NCBI GenBank assembly: GCA_000146465.1
Contig: CP001950.1
Reading direction: 5' to 3' (one strand)
Length of the DNA: 64,000 nt
The translations under genes were made by a program, and so were the position numbers. The notes under the pieces are model-generated. The model had not been told where the DNA came from and did not search any database. It saw nothing but the letters and a program-made list of their open reading frames with translations. Each line of letters opens with the position of its first letter. The first letter of the stretch is position 1. Positions 46,365 through 56,055 of the stretch are shown here, one piece after another.

Positions 46365-47645
46365 ATGGCAAAGAACAGTAACATAGCAATCCATAGTCAT
46401 GTAAAGTCCCTGGGCCTAGACAATCTTGGGAGGCCTCTGGACGTGCCGGATGCGGTGGTTGGACAGGAAGATGCACGAGAAGCTGCAGGTCTCATAGTAG
46501 AAATGGTTAGGACAAAGAAGATGTCTGGTAGAGCAGTACTTATATCCGGGCCTGCAGGGTGTGGGAAAACTGCTCTTGCTGTTGGAATCAGCGAGGAGCT
46601 AGGCCCTGGAACTCCATTTACCTCGATGAGTGGTAGCGAGATATACTCCAGCGAAGTGAAGAAGACCGAGGTCCTTGAAGAGGCTCTGAGAAGATCAATT
46701 CTTGTGCGGATGAGAGAATTGAAGGATGTTTATGAGGGAGAGATAGTTGATCTTCGGATTGTGGATGAGGAAAATCCATTGAGTACTCATGGTAGAAGAG
46801 TTAAGGAGATATTTGTTACTTTAAAGACAAGCAAGGAGTCAAAGAAACTTAAGCTTGCACCATCTCTCTATGAGCAGATAGATAAGCAAAGGATAGTCAA
46901 TGGGGATGTTGTTTACATCGAAGTCAATTCAGGAGTTATCAAGAAGTTAGGGAGGAGCGAGGCTCACATGAATGACTTTGATCTTGAAGCCGAAGCTTAT
47001 GTCCCTATTCCAAAGGGAGAAGTTCTGAAGAGAAAAGAGGTGGTACAATCTGTAACGCTTCACGACTTGGATATGGCAAATGCCCGGCCTTCTGGACAAG
47101 ACATGCTTTCGCTTGTTTTCCGGATACTGAGTCCCAAGAAGACAGAAATAACAGAAAGACTAAGAAGCGATGTCAACAAGATGGTGAACGAATATCTTGA
47201 GAAGGGGAATGCCGAGATTGTTCCTGGAGTTCTCTTTATTGACGAGGTCCATATGCTTGACATTGAATGCTTCACCTTCCTCCACAAGGTCATCGAGTCT
47301 CCGCTCAGCCCAACAATAGTATTTGCCTCTAACAGAGGAATGGCTCCAATTAAAGGAAGTGGAGGGCTCCTCGGGCCCTTTGGAATTACCAAGGACTTGC
47401 TTGATAGAGTTGTGATTATCAGTGTAAAGAGCAACTCAAGCGAGTCAAACAGAAAGATTATCGAGATGAGGTTGAAGGAAGAAGGGCTTGAGATGGATGA
47501 CGACGGACTTGTGTTTCTTGCAAGCTTGAGCTCTTCAAGGGGGCTGAGATATTGCATAAGTCTTATTCCTCTGCTGAAAACATACGGAAGGAGTGTTGGA
47601 GTTAGGGATGTGGAGGAGGTGAGTGAATTGTTCCATGACGGTTAA
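46365..47645 (+). CDS. RVB2: RuvB-like AAA+ helicase 2 (Rvb2/Reptin)
   Basis: AIHSHVKSLGLD, GQEDAREAAGLIVEMV, Walker A GPAGCGKTAL, GSEIYSSEVKKTEVL, KLGRS, KRKEVVQSVTLHDLD, and Walker B/sensor VLFIDEVHMLDIECFTFL. Start set at MAKNS because the upstream ORF extension overlaps the tRNA. Confidence 0.9.
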   Translation: MAKNSNIAIHSHVKSLGLDNLGRPLDVPDAVVGQEDAREAAGLIVEMVRTKKMSGRAVLISGPAGCGKTALAVGISEELGPGTPFTSMSGSEIYSSEVKKTEVLEEALRRSILVRMRELKDVYEGEIVDLRIVDEENPLSTHGRRVKEIFVTLKTSKESKKLKLAPSLYEQIDKQRIVNGDVVYIEVNSGVIKKLGRSEAHMNDFDLEAEAYVPIPKGEVLKRKEVVQSVTLHDLDMANARPSGQDMLSLVFRILSPKKTEITERLRSDVNKMVNEYLEKGNAEIVPGVLFIDEVHMLDIECFTFLHKVIESPLSPTIVFASNRGMAPIKGSGGLLGPFGITKDLLDRVVIISVKSNSSESNRKIIEMRLKEEGLEMDDDGLVFLASLSSSRGLRYCISLIPLLKTYGRSVGVRDVEEVSELFHDG

Positions 47646-47686
47646 CTTTTGGCGATTAAATAGTTTAATTATCCCCCCTGTTTAGG

Positions 47687-48955
47687 ATGATTCTGTGCTG
47701 TAAATGTGGAATACTTATCGAGCCGAGACTGATGAACATGTGTGACAGATGTCTTGTAACTGAAGTCACAATATCTTCCAAGGTAAAGAGAAATCTTGTT
47801 GTGGAACGCTGCAGAGGCTGCGAGCGGTATCTTCAGCCTCCAAAGAGTTGGGAGGGATTTTCTTGGGGATCGAAGGAGCTTCTTCTTTTTTTGATAAAGA
47901 AGAACAAAACACTCAACGGTCTCTGCATTGTGGACTCGAATTTTGTGTACACAGAACCGAATTCCAAAAGGATTGTGGTGGCACTCACAGTGTCGGAGTG
48001 TGGAGTGGAACAGCCTTTGGAGATCAAGTATGTGATTAAGAACATGCAGTGTTCGGATTGTGCAAAGGTGGAGGCAAAGCAGTTCTGGAACAGCCTGGTG
48101 CAAGTCCGGCACAGAGGAAGACACAAAAGGATGATGATATATCTAGAGCATCTTGTTCTGAAGAATAATGCATATGGAGATACCAGCAATATAAAACAAA
48201 GAAAAGAAGGACTGGACTTCTATTATATCGATCGAAATGCAGCGTCCAGAATGGTAAGTTTTCTGCAAAGTGTTCTTCCAGTCAAGACCAAGGTATCTGA
48301 AAGGCTGATAAGCAAGGATGTTCATACCAGTAAATGCAACTACAAGTTCAGCTATTCTGTTGAGATTGCACCTCTATGCAAAGATGATTTGGTTGTTGTT
48401 GGGAGAAGCCTTTCGCAGAGTCTTGGGATTGGGAGTCTAGTTCTTGTCCAAAAGATAGCCACAAGCATTGTCCTTTTTGATGTGGGATTGATGAAGAGTG
48501 TTAGGATTGCAGGGTCGTTTTACTGGAGTAACCAAGATGAATTCAAAGTGCTGATGAGTTCGAAAGACTTCACTAAATATTCTGTTGTGATGAGGGATGA
48601 AAGAAGAAGGAAAGGAGGAATAGGATACGACCTCACTGTGACATCCGATGGAAGTGTGTTTTCCGAGGCCAGATTTCATCTTGGGAATGTAGAGGAGGAT
48701 GATGAGATTCTGGGGTATGATCTTCGGCATTTGAACTTAACTGTGGAGTGTGAAGAGAAACCCGAAGTTGTTCTTGTGAGGAAGATGCCCCGAGACGATG
48801 TTGTATGGAAAATAGATGTTCCACAAGAAAGCCAAATGGAGTACAGGTTGTTTGTAGAGGATGTGGAGAATGACAAAGAGATGGTTGAAGGCCTTTGTTT
48901 GGTTGAAGAGAAAGGGGGAATAGACAAAAAAATAGAGGCATTCCGAGTTAGCTGA
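47687..48955 (+). CDS. NMD3: NMD3, 60S ribosomal subunit export adaptor
   Basis: MILCCKCGILIEPRLMNMCDRCL...ERCRGCERYLQPP...MQCSDCAK...GLDFYY...CNYKFSYSVEIAPLCKDDLVV matches the NMD3 N-terminal zinc-binding and OB regions almost block for block. Confidence 0.9.
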   Translation: MILCCKCGILIEPRLMNMCDRCLVTEVTISSKVKRNLVVERCRGCERYLQPPKSWEGFSWGSKELLLFLIKKNKTLNGLCIVDSNFVYTEPNSKRIVVALTVSECGVEQPLEIKYVIKNMQCSDCAKVEAKQFWNSLVQVRHRGRHKRMMIYLEHLVLKNNAYGDTSNIKQRKEGLDFYYIDRNAASRMVSFLQSVLPVKTKVSERLISKDVHTSKCNYKFSYSVEIAPLCKDDLVVVGRSLSQSLGIGSLVLVQKIATSIVLFDVGLMKSVRIAGSFYWSNQDEFKVLMSSKDFTKYSVVMRDERRRKGGIGYDLTVTSDGSVFSEARFHLGNVEEDDEILGYDLRHLNLTVECEEKPEVVLVRKMPRDDVVWKIDVPQESQMEYRLFVEDVENDKEMVEGLCLVEEKGGIDKKIEAFRVS

Positions 48956-48984
48956 GGATCTATGGGCAAATTGGCCATGCCGAA

Positions 48985-49317
48985 TTGGGATATATAATGG
49001 ATACTTCCAAAGGCCTTGAAATGAAAGGAGGAGAACTAGAAAAAGCCTTGGACAAAAATGAAAACCTAATAGTTTCGAAGGAGGGATGTCCATTCTGCCT
49101 AGATGCAGTAGAGATATTAAATGAATGGAAGATAAAGTTTGATGAGGTGAGAAACATAGAGAATGAAGAACTCTCGAAGGAGATAGAAAGGAGGTATGGG
49201 ATCTCCACATTCCCGAAGATTTTCCTTAAGAGACGATTTGTTGGGGGAGCAAGCGACTTGAGGAAGTATGTAACAAAAAAAGAGTTTGTTGATGCCTTTG
49301 GTTCTGAAAGAAAATAA
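48985..49317 (+). CDS. glutaredoxin (dithiol CPFC)
   Basis: CPFC active site, TFPKIF and GGASDL motifs, in a 110-aa Grx fold. Confidence 0.7.
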   Translation: MGYIMDTSKGLEMKGGELEKALDKNENLIVSKEGCPFCLDAVEILNEWKIKFDEVRNIENEELSKEIERRYGISTFPKIFLKRRFVGGASDLRKYVTKKEFVDAFGSERK

Positions 49318-49358
49318 AATTTGCATTGGTCTTATTTTTGGTGTTCCAAGGAAAAAAG

Positions 49359-49379
49359 GAAAATTCGTATAGCCCTGAA
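49359..49379 (+). promoter_or_regulatory. AAATTC + CCC core promoter motif upstream of eIF5A (ggaaaattcgtatagccctgaa-ATG)
   Basis: Same architecture as upstream of the ribosomal protein genes in this window. Confidence 0.5.
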
Positions 49380-49865
49380 ATGGAAAATTTAAGATTTGAG
49401 GAGACACCCACCAGTCCAAAGGACATAAGACCTGGAAACTATATTAAGGTTGAGGTTAATGGACAGATGAGGTCTGCACAGGTTGTTGATACCTCTTCTG
49501 TAAAGAACGGCAAGCATGGAGCGGCAAAGACAACGATTGCATCAAAGATCCTCTGCACGGGATCGAACCACAAGGGCATATATACTGCAAACGATTCCAT
49601 CATTGTGTGCAGGCCTGAGAAGGTCCAGCTCAAGTTAATTGATATTAGCGGATCGACAATAACGTTTTCCGATAGTAACGGGTCATTTGACTCTGTCGAC
49701 GTTTCTGGGAAGATGAGCTCTGAGGATATCAGCAAGATTGCTCAAAGTGTTGAGGGGTCTAGCAGCGAGAGCTTTGATCTTTCCCTTCGAGTGCTTCCAG
49801 ACTTCTACAAGCTAGAATCGATCAGGAAATCAGGAGGACCGTCTGGCTCTACTGCAGGAGGATGA
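49380..49865 (+). CDS. translation initiation factor eIF5A (hypusine-containing)
   Basis: KVEVNGQMRSAQVVDTSSVKNGKHGAAKTTIASKILCTG: the hypusination loop GKHG-AK is conserved. OB-fold C-terminus. Start at Met of MENLRFEE. Confidence 0.85.
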   Translation: MENLRFEETPTSPKDIRPGNYIKVEVNGQMRSAQVVDTSSVKNGKHGAAKTTIASKILCTGSNHKGIYTANDSIIVCRPEKVQLKLIDISGSTITFSDSNGSFDSVDVSGKMSSEDISKIAQSVEGSSSESFDLSLRVLPDFYKLESIRKSGGPSGSTAGG

Positions 49866-49976
49866 ATTTCCAGGAGGCGGGATTTGGATAATGTTCTGCC
49901 CAAATACTTTCAATAAAACCTTTTCTGGATGGATTTTTAGCTCCAATGATTTATCTTTTTCTCTGTATCCCTGAGA

Positions 49977-52061
49977 ATGAACCAAGTCAGTGAGTTGCGG
50001 AAGTTTGAGACATCTATAAATTACCAGTTGGACAAAGATAGACTGAGTAAGTTTTTGCTCTTCCATGAGGAGGATGGAGAATTAACCTATGTCAATCGGA
50101 TCCGAGAGTCTGAGGGGTGTGTTGAGATTGACACTGAGGACATAGCAGTATACGATGACAGTGGACTTGTGAGTAGAATTGAGGGGAATGCAATGTCTTA
50201 TATGAACCTGTTGTACACGGTGATAGACGAGATTTTGCTTGAGAATGGAGAAGCTTTTGGTGGAGAAGAGCCGGAAGATGTCTTTTTCCACCACAGAGTT
50301 TCAAGGCTTAAGGAGAGATTTCCTGAGAAGAATGTGATGGATGTGTTTCCTCCGTTTCTATTGAGAAGATACTCTTTGGTGTTGAAGCCGCGGAGAAATT
50401 CCAGGGTGTACTCTGTCCGGGGGCTGAAGTCGATGCATATTGGATCTCTAGTGAGGGTAAGCGGGGTTGTCACCAAGGCTAGCCAGGTGAAGCCAAGTAT
50501 CCGAGTTGCAACATACATCTGTGAGAACTGTGGTGCAGAAACGTACCAGCAGGTGGAGGGAGATGTGTTTGATCTATTAGAAGAATGTGGAAGTGAAAAA
50601 TGCAGGATTAGGAATGTTCGGGGAACTTTGGTTCTTGTTACAAGAGGGTCGAAGTTTATTAAGCATCAAACGGTATACATCCAAGAGCTTACGGGGGACA
50701 TTCCACGGGGATGTATTCCAAGAACCTTGGTAATGGAGTGTTACTCTTCTCTTGCCGAAAAGTGCAGGCCTGGAGATGTGGTGGTGGCTGGGGGAGTCTT
50801 TATGCCCAAGCCATATCATGGAATAAAGAAGTTGAAGGCTGGGTTACTTGCAGATACTTATCTCCATGCAACTAGTATTGAGAGGGTTGGGACAAGTGCT
50901 CCGAAGCTCAGTGGAAAAGTGAAAAAGTATCCTGTGGAGCAGATGGTAAGATCTATAGCGCCGGAGATCTTCGGGATGGAGGATATAAAAAAGATCTTAC
51001 TTCTGATGCTTGTAGGAGCACCTGGAAAAGTTCGTTCTGATGGAATGAGAATAAGAGGAGACATCAACGTATTACTTGTGGGAGATCCCGGAATTGCAAA
51101 AAGTCAGCTCTTGAAAACATGTGTGAAGATAAGCAGAAGGGGAGTGTACACAACAGGGAAGGGATCAAGTGGAGTTGGTCTTACGGCAAGTGTCACTAAG
51201 GACCAGATTACTGGAGAGATGGTTCTTGAAGGAGGAGCTCTAGTACTTGCAGATGGAGGGATATGCTGTATTGATGAGCTGGACAAGATGAACGAGGTGG
51301 ATAGAATCAGCATCCATGAGGTTATGGAACAACAGAGTGTATCGATCAGTAAGGCAGGAATCAACACAAGCTTAAATGCGAGATGCTGTGTCCTTGGGGC
51401 AGCCAACCCTGTAAGAGGAAAATACGATATAAGGCAGAGCGTTGAATATAACATTGGTCTTCCATGTGCTCTTCTTTCCAGATTTGATGTAGTTGCCATC
51501 CTCCGAGACGAACCTGATTTGGAAAGAGATGAAAGCCTTGCCAACCATATCACATCTCTCCATCTGGAAGAGGAAACCGAGTCTATTTCTTACGATGAAA
51601 TCCGGCAAGTTATTGACGAGGCCAAGAGAATAGACCCTGTCCTTCCACTCCACCTTTCGAACAGGCTAACAGATGCATATGTGAAGGCCAGGAAGGAAAG
51701 TCCTTATGTGACACCCAGATATCTCTTGTCATTGATAAGATTAAGCTTGGCACACTGCAGACTCCGTCTTTCAACGGAAGTGGAGGAAGATGATATTAAT
51801 GAAGCATTAAGACTTATGGAAGTAACAAAAATTCCTATTCCAAAGAAAAAGAGAGAAGAGGTTTCCAGTAAGAGGGAGATATACAATCTTATTCTCTCTC
51901 TTGCCATTGAAGAAGGAAACAAAAGATATGTAAAGCTAGCACGTCTTTGGGAGGCTACCAAGAACAAGTACAGTACTAGCGAAGTCGAAGATGTTATTTC
52001 TGATTTTGCCTCGTGTGGAATTTGGATAAGAAATAACGAAGAGCTAGTTATTTTCAATTAA
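49977..52061 (+). CDS. MCM2-7 family DNA replication licensing factor
   Basis: Zinc finger CENCGAE...CGSEKC. Walker A GDPGIAKSQLLK, Walker B CIDELDKM, arginine finger SRFD, and the MCM-box IHEVMEQQSVSISKAGI. Confidence 0.9.
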   Translation: MNQVSELRKFETSINYQLDKDRLSKFLLFHEEDGELTYVNRIRESEGCVEIDTEDIAVYDDSGLVSRIEGNAMSYMNLLYTVIDEILLENGEAFGGEEPEDVFFHHRVSRLKERFPEKNVMDVFPPFLLRRYSLVLKPRRNSRVYSVRGLKSMHIGSLVRVSGVVTKASQVKPSIRVATYICENCGAETYQQVEGDVFDLLEECGSEKCRIRNVRGTLVLVTRGSKFIKHQTVYIQELTGDIPRGCIPRTLVMECYSSLAEKCRPGDVVVAGGVFMPKPYHGIKKLKAGLLADTYLHATSIERVGTSAPKLSGKVKKYPVEQMVRSIAPEIFGMEDIKKILLLMLVGAPGKVRSDGMRIRGDINVLLVGDPGIAKSQLLKTCVKISRRGVYTTGKGSSGVGLTASVTKDQITGEMVLEGGALVLADGGICCIDELDKMNEVDRISIHEVMEQQSVSISKAGINTSLNARCCVLGAANPVRGKYDIRQSVEYNIGLPCALLSRFDVVAILRDEPDLERDESLANHITSLHLEEETESISYDEIRQVIDEAKRIDPVLPLHLSNRLTDAYVKARKESPYVTPRYLLSLIRLSLAHCRLRLSTEVEEDDINEALRLMEVTKIPIPKKKREEVSSKREIYNLILSLAIEEGNKRYVKLARLWEATKNKYSTSEVEDVISDFASCGIWIRNNEELVIFN

Positions 52062-52086
52062 AGGATGCCATGAAAAGAAATAGTTT

Positions 52087-52473
52087 TTAATAGAAGTATC
52101 CAAGGATTCTTCCTCCAACATTTTCTGTCAGACATTCCTTGTGGTCGAGGATACCTTTGGATGTATTGAACAGGACATGTCCGAACTGTCTAGCAGGAAG
52201 AAGCCTCTCTCTGAAGTTCTCAATCCCATCTCGCTTAACGATGTAGTTAGGAGAAATAGCTCCGCATCTGTTAAGCCTGCCGTTCAGGTCGATAATGCTC
52301 TTTCCACTTCTTTTGTCATGTATATAGGAAAACCCTGAGATATAGCCGTACTTCAGCATCTGGAGAAGAAACATACGCATCTCCTCTGTTGAGAACTTCA
52401 GGAGGAGCTGTCTCTTTCCTGCTCTACTGGCATTGTTGATAGCCTTGCACATGTTGGCCAATTCTGCGCTCAT
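52087..52473 (-). CDS. RPS22: 40S ribosomal protein S22/S15a (uS8)
   Basis: [25 protein letters not shown]...[39 protein letters not shown]...[23 protein letters not shown]...GGRILGYFY is collinear with eukaryotic S15a. The upstream part of the track ORF is non-coding leader. Confidence 0.9.
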   Translation of the reverse strand: MSAELANMCKAINNASRAGKRQLLLKFSTEEMRMFLLQMLKYGYISGFSYIHDKRSGKSIIDLNGRLNRCGAISPNYIVKRDGIENFRERLLPARQFGHVLFNTSKGILDHKECLTENVGGRILGYFY

Positions 52474-52496
52474 TTCAAGGGGCAAATTTTTCTCTG
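52474..52496 (-). promoter_or_regulatory. AAATTT + CCCC core promoter motif upstream of RPS22 (cagagaaaaatttgccccttgaa-ATG on minus strand)
   Basis: Read directly from the sequence. Confidence 0.55.
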
Positions 52497-52562
52497 GATA
52501 ATTTGCTCCTATTGCTAAGGCAACAGTACAAGTGACATGAATAATCCGGGTATCCAACACCC

Positions 52563-53006
52563 ATGATCTTCCTCCTTATTTTCACTGTTGTGCTGGCAAT
52601 CTTCATTAGAATTGTAGCACACCTCATCACAAGAAGGGGACCTAGGGTGATAAAGTTTGTTGGACCTCGTGGAGCAGGAAAGACCAAGACACTTAATGCA
52701 CTGATGGGAATTCATGGTAGGACAGTCCCCACCCTTGAGAGCTACAAGGTAATATATAAAGGTATGGAAATACATGATGTAATTCCAAAGGATGGAAGCT
52801 TTTTTGAAAGATATGGCATTGATGATCCGTCGGCAACCTATTTCTTCTTCTTAAGAAGTATGGACGATTCTTATGGAATTCCGGGGGCAAAAGGATTGAA
52901 TGTAAGACTTGTATATTGTCAGCCATATGATGGCAAAGAGGCCTTGGAGAGAGGTGTCCTTGTGTTGGACAAGGATCTTACCCATATAGAAAAGTATTTC
53001 TCCTAG
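52563..53006 (+). CDS. reduced small GTPase with N-terminal TM anchor, SRP receptor beta subunit-like
   Basis: N-terminal [23 protein letters not shown], then P-loop [12 protein letters not shown]. The G3/G4 motifs are degenerate (LDKD). Confidence 0.4.
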   Translation: MIFLLIFTVVLAIFIRIVAHLITRRGPRVIKFVGPRGAGKTKTLNALMGIHGRTVPTLESYKVIYKGMEIHDVIPKDGSFFERYGIDDPSATYFFFLRSMDDSYGIPGAKGLNVRLVYCQPYDGKEALERGVLVLDKDLTHIEKYFS

Positions 53007-53031
53007 AAATCCCAAATAAACTTAGATGGAA

Positions 53032-53991
53032 CTATGGCTTTTTGTTTCCCATATCAAGGATATCGTGGAACATTCCGTAGAACTGGAGTCTTGAGTTAAC
53101 ACCTTCAGATATTCTGAGGTTTGCCAAACCAATCACTTTAAGAAGTTCGTAGTTCTCCATGTTCTTTGCAGCCCGGAAAAACGAGTTTATCAGATCTAGG
53201 GGATCAAACTTCTCATCCCAGATTTCATCAAACATCTTTAAGGCCTCTTCAGCCTCATTCCTTAGAAGTCTCTCGAGGACTCTTTCAATTCTCTTTGGAG
53301 ACGGAAGGCCTATTATTTTGATTATGTAGCCTTGATCTATGGTTTCCGAGGAACTGATGCACGCCTGGAGGATGTTTAGTGACTGTCTCATATCTCCATC
53401 ACTGAGTTCAACAATGAGGTCTAAGGCCTCCTTGCTTATCTTAATGCCCTCATCCTTACTAATTTCCCTTAGTCTTTCCAGAATCATAGAGTTTTCTATT
53501 CTGTCGAATCTCAGTATTGCACATCTACTCTGAATAGGCTCGAATATCTTTGTTAGAGTATTACATATTAAGATGAACCTGCACTCCGAGCTGTGCACCT
53601 CCATTACCCTGCGCATGGCTTGCTGGGCTGCTGTGGTCATTGAATCCGCCTCGTCCAAAATAATAACCTTAAAGCTACAGTCCTTAATCCTTCTTTGAGC
53701 AAAGCTTTTGATGGTGGTCCGGACTGTCTCTATTCCTCTTTCATCAGATGCGTTCAGCTCTAGTAGTCCTTCCTTGCTGGGGAGAAGTTTTCTAGCGAGT
53801 ATCTTTGCACAAGTCGTTTTACCTGTTCCAGGAGGTCCCGCAAACAGTAGGTGTGGCATGTCTTTACTGTCAATGATTAATGAAACAAGCTCCACAGTCA
53901 TCTGGTTTCCAATTACATCTTGAACTTCATTTGGCCTGTATTTGTTAACAAGTAGATCCATCGGGGCTTTATAATTGTTCCTGATAACCAC
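53032..53991 (-). CDS. replication factor C small subunit (RFC2-5 class)
   Basis: LLFAGPPGTGKTT (Walker A), ELNASDERGI, ILDEADSMT (DEAD Walker B), SRC motif (IQSRCAILRF). Clamp-loader small-subunit order. Confidence 0.9.
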   Translation of the reverse strand: MVIRNNYKAPMDLLVNKYRPNEVQDVIGNQMTVELVSLIIDSKDMPHLLFAGPPGTGKTTCAKILARKLLPSKEGLLELNASDERGIETVRTTIKSFAQRRIKDCSFKVIILDEADSMTTAAQQAMRRVMEVHSSECRFILICNTLTKIFEPIQSRCAILRFDRIENSMILERLREISKDEGIKISKEALDLIVELSDGDMRQSLNILQACISSSETIDQGYIIKIIGLPSPKRIERVLERLLRNEAEEALKMFDEIWDEKFDPLDLINSFFRAAKNMENYELLKVIGLANLRISEGVNSRLQFYGMFHDILDMGNKKP

Positions 53992-54136
53992 CTTGATGGT
54001 AGTAGACGTTCTCTAAAATGGCCGCTAGAATTACATTTAAAACAGAATGGAGTATGTGGCAGTACTCATGGAGCCATTGTTATACTTATGAAACTATTGT
54101 TTCGGGGTCTTTGTTGATAAACTCGTAACAAATGCA

Positions 54137-56005
54137 TTGGATAGAATGCTGGTCTTCTTCTTAGGCCTAACATTTGCGAAAGATGCTTGCGTTTCCGGGT
54201 CTGCAGAATGTGTTGCAAACACCTTGAGAGTGTGCGGAATAAAGAATCAGTGGATATACGTTGACTGTCCCTCCGGGACGGAGTGTGCAGTAAAAGGCAG
54301 TGAGATATCTTGTGTTCCGAATGGTGGAAAGGGAGAATTAGAGTCCCATGACAAGAAGAAGCCTAAGAAGAGGGATGAATCTGAGGCTTCTCAAAGCCTT
54401 GAGGAAAAGCAAGATTCAGGTGATGATCTCGGTGAAAGCCCTGAAGATAATAGACAATCTGAAGACGATAAGCCAGAAGAGCCCAATGAAGAACAAAAGA
54501 AGAAGGTCCATGGGAAGAAGGGGGACGAAGATCAAGAAGGGAAGAAAAAGACAAAAAAAGAAAAAGACAGTGATGAGAAAACCAAGGACAAGCATTTGGG
54601 CTTAGGAGAAGATAAAAAGAAAAACACAAAGGGAAATAAGAAAAAGGAACCTAAGGTTGTAACCAAAACAGTAAGTGTCTTGAAGAAGGAGACCACTACT
54701 ACTGTCACTGTATTGAAGACAGTTGTTCAAAAGCAACAGCCTACAGAGATAAAATTGGAATACACATCAAGTGACATTGAATCGAAAGTTAAGCCTGTTG
54801 GCTCTTCATCACCAGGACAAGGACAAGCTTTGCAGGGCTCAAGTAGAAATGTTTCAAAGGCAGGGCACCCTACTTCTCTCCCTGGTATCGAGAGCATGGG
54901 AGGAGCCAGTTCACCAGGGAAAGCGGGGCAAGGTGCAACACCGGCAGCACCATCTTCGTCAGGCAGTCCCTCCTCAGGAAAGGGTACATCGGTAGGAAGT
55001 AGCTCTTCGTCAGCCCCTTCTTCGCCAACAAGCAACAAGTCTTCTTCCGCACCTTCATCTCAAGGCAGCACACCAGAGTCACAGGGAAAGGCACAAACAG
55101 CTGGTGGAGGCACTGGAGGAGCTACCCCTTCTACAGGTTCGCAGGGAGGAAAGGGAGCAGAAAGTGGTAAATCGTCAGGAGGGTCGGCAGGAAAGACTAC
55201 TGGTGGAACTAGTTCTTCTGCAGGTTCGCAGGAGAAAAAAGAAACTGGAGGAAGTGCTGGGGGGTCTACTCAAGCTTCGGGAGGATCCCAAGGGCAGAAA
55301 GAATCAGAAGGTAGTAAACAACCAGAGGGAGGTGCAGGGGGAACTAGTCCTTCTACAGAGTCCCAGGGAGGAAAGAAAACAGAAAGTGGAAAATCATCTT
55401 CTTCAGAAGGAAAAGGAGGTTCACTTCTCTCGGCCGATAAGCTGACTAAGGTAATGACGAATTTGGGATACTCTCCCAATTCAGAATATATCGATGCAGT
55501 CGTCCTTGGAGTGAACGAGAGATTTTCGGACCTTAATCAGGCTGTAATGTTCGTGGCTCAATGTGCTCATGAGTCTGGAGGATATCAATATATTGAGGAA
55601 ATAGCGTGTGCTGGAGGAACGGGATGTGCAGGGCAGTATGGAACAGGAGCCCCCGGGAAGTCCTATCACGGAAGAGGATTCATACAACTCTCATGGCCTG
55701 AAAACTACAAGGCTGCAGGAGAAGCCCTGGGTCGGGGAGATGAGCTCTATAATAACCCCGAGAAAGTTGTAGAGAACCCAAGTCTTGCAGTAGATGTGTC
55801 GATATTCTACTGGGAGTCGAGGGTTGCAGATGCTCCTGGAGTGAAGGAAAACCATTTTGGAGCCACTACAAAGGCAATTAATGGAGCGCTGGAGTGCACG
55901 GGGTCTAATATTGATAAGAGCAAGAAAAGGTATGAGATATACACTGCTCTTGTTGAAGAATTTGGCGTTAGCAATCCTGCCGATGAAAGCGGATGTTACA
56001 GTTAG
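54137..56005 (+). CDS. secreted glycoside hydrolase family 19 chitinase with N-terminal Cys-rich module, Lys/Glu-rich segment and long Ser/Gly/Thr-rich mucin-like linker
   Basis: Signal peptide MLVFFLGLTFA. A 6-Cys module (CVSGSAECV...CGIKNQWIYVDCPSGTECAVKGSEISC). An about 250-aa S/G/T/K low-complexity stretch. A C-terminal GH19 core: FVAQCAHESGGYQY...YHGRGFIQLSWPENYKAAGEALG...LYNNPEKVVENPSLAVDVSIFYW. Confidence 0.8.
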   Translation: MDRMLVFFLGLTFAKDACVSGSAECVANTLRVCGIKNQWIYVDCPSGTECAVKGSEISCVPNGGKGELESHDKKKPKKRDESEASQSLEEKQDSGDDLGESPEDNRQSEDDKPEEPNEEQKKKVHGKKGDEDQEGKKKTKKEKDSDEKTKDKHLGLGEDKKKNTKGNKKKEPKVVTKTVSVLKKETTTTVTVLKTVVQKQQPTEIKLEYTSSDIESKVKPVGSSSPGQGQALQGSSRNVSKAGHPTSLPGIESMGGASSPGKAGQGATPAAPSSSGSPSSGKGTSVGSSSSSAPSSPTSNKSSSAPSSQGSTPESQGKAQTAGGGTGGATPSTGSQGGKGAESGKSSGGSAGKTTGGTSSSAGSQEKKETGGSAGGSTQASGGSQGQKESEGSKQPEGGAGGTSPSTESQGGKKTESGKSSSSEGKGGSLLSADKLTKVMTNLGYSPNSEYIDAVVLGVNERFSDLNQAVMFVAQCAHESGGYQYIEEIACAGGTGCAGQYGTGAPGKSYHGRGFIQLSWPENYKAAGEALGRGDELYNNPEKVVENPSLAVDVSIFYWESRVADAPGVKENHFGATTKAINGALECTGSNIDKSKKRYEIYTALVEEFGVSNPADESGCYS

Positions 56006-56055
56006 TAGGAAAGTATATCAAATTCAAAGTCTTGTTATCTATATCAAATCTCGAT

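Noticed and set aside
54363-55479. Short ORFs on both strands inside the chitinase linker region
   Set aside because: Generated by low-complexity GGA/AGC-rich DNA; all are inside the long, well-supported + strand CDS.
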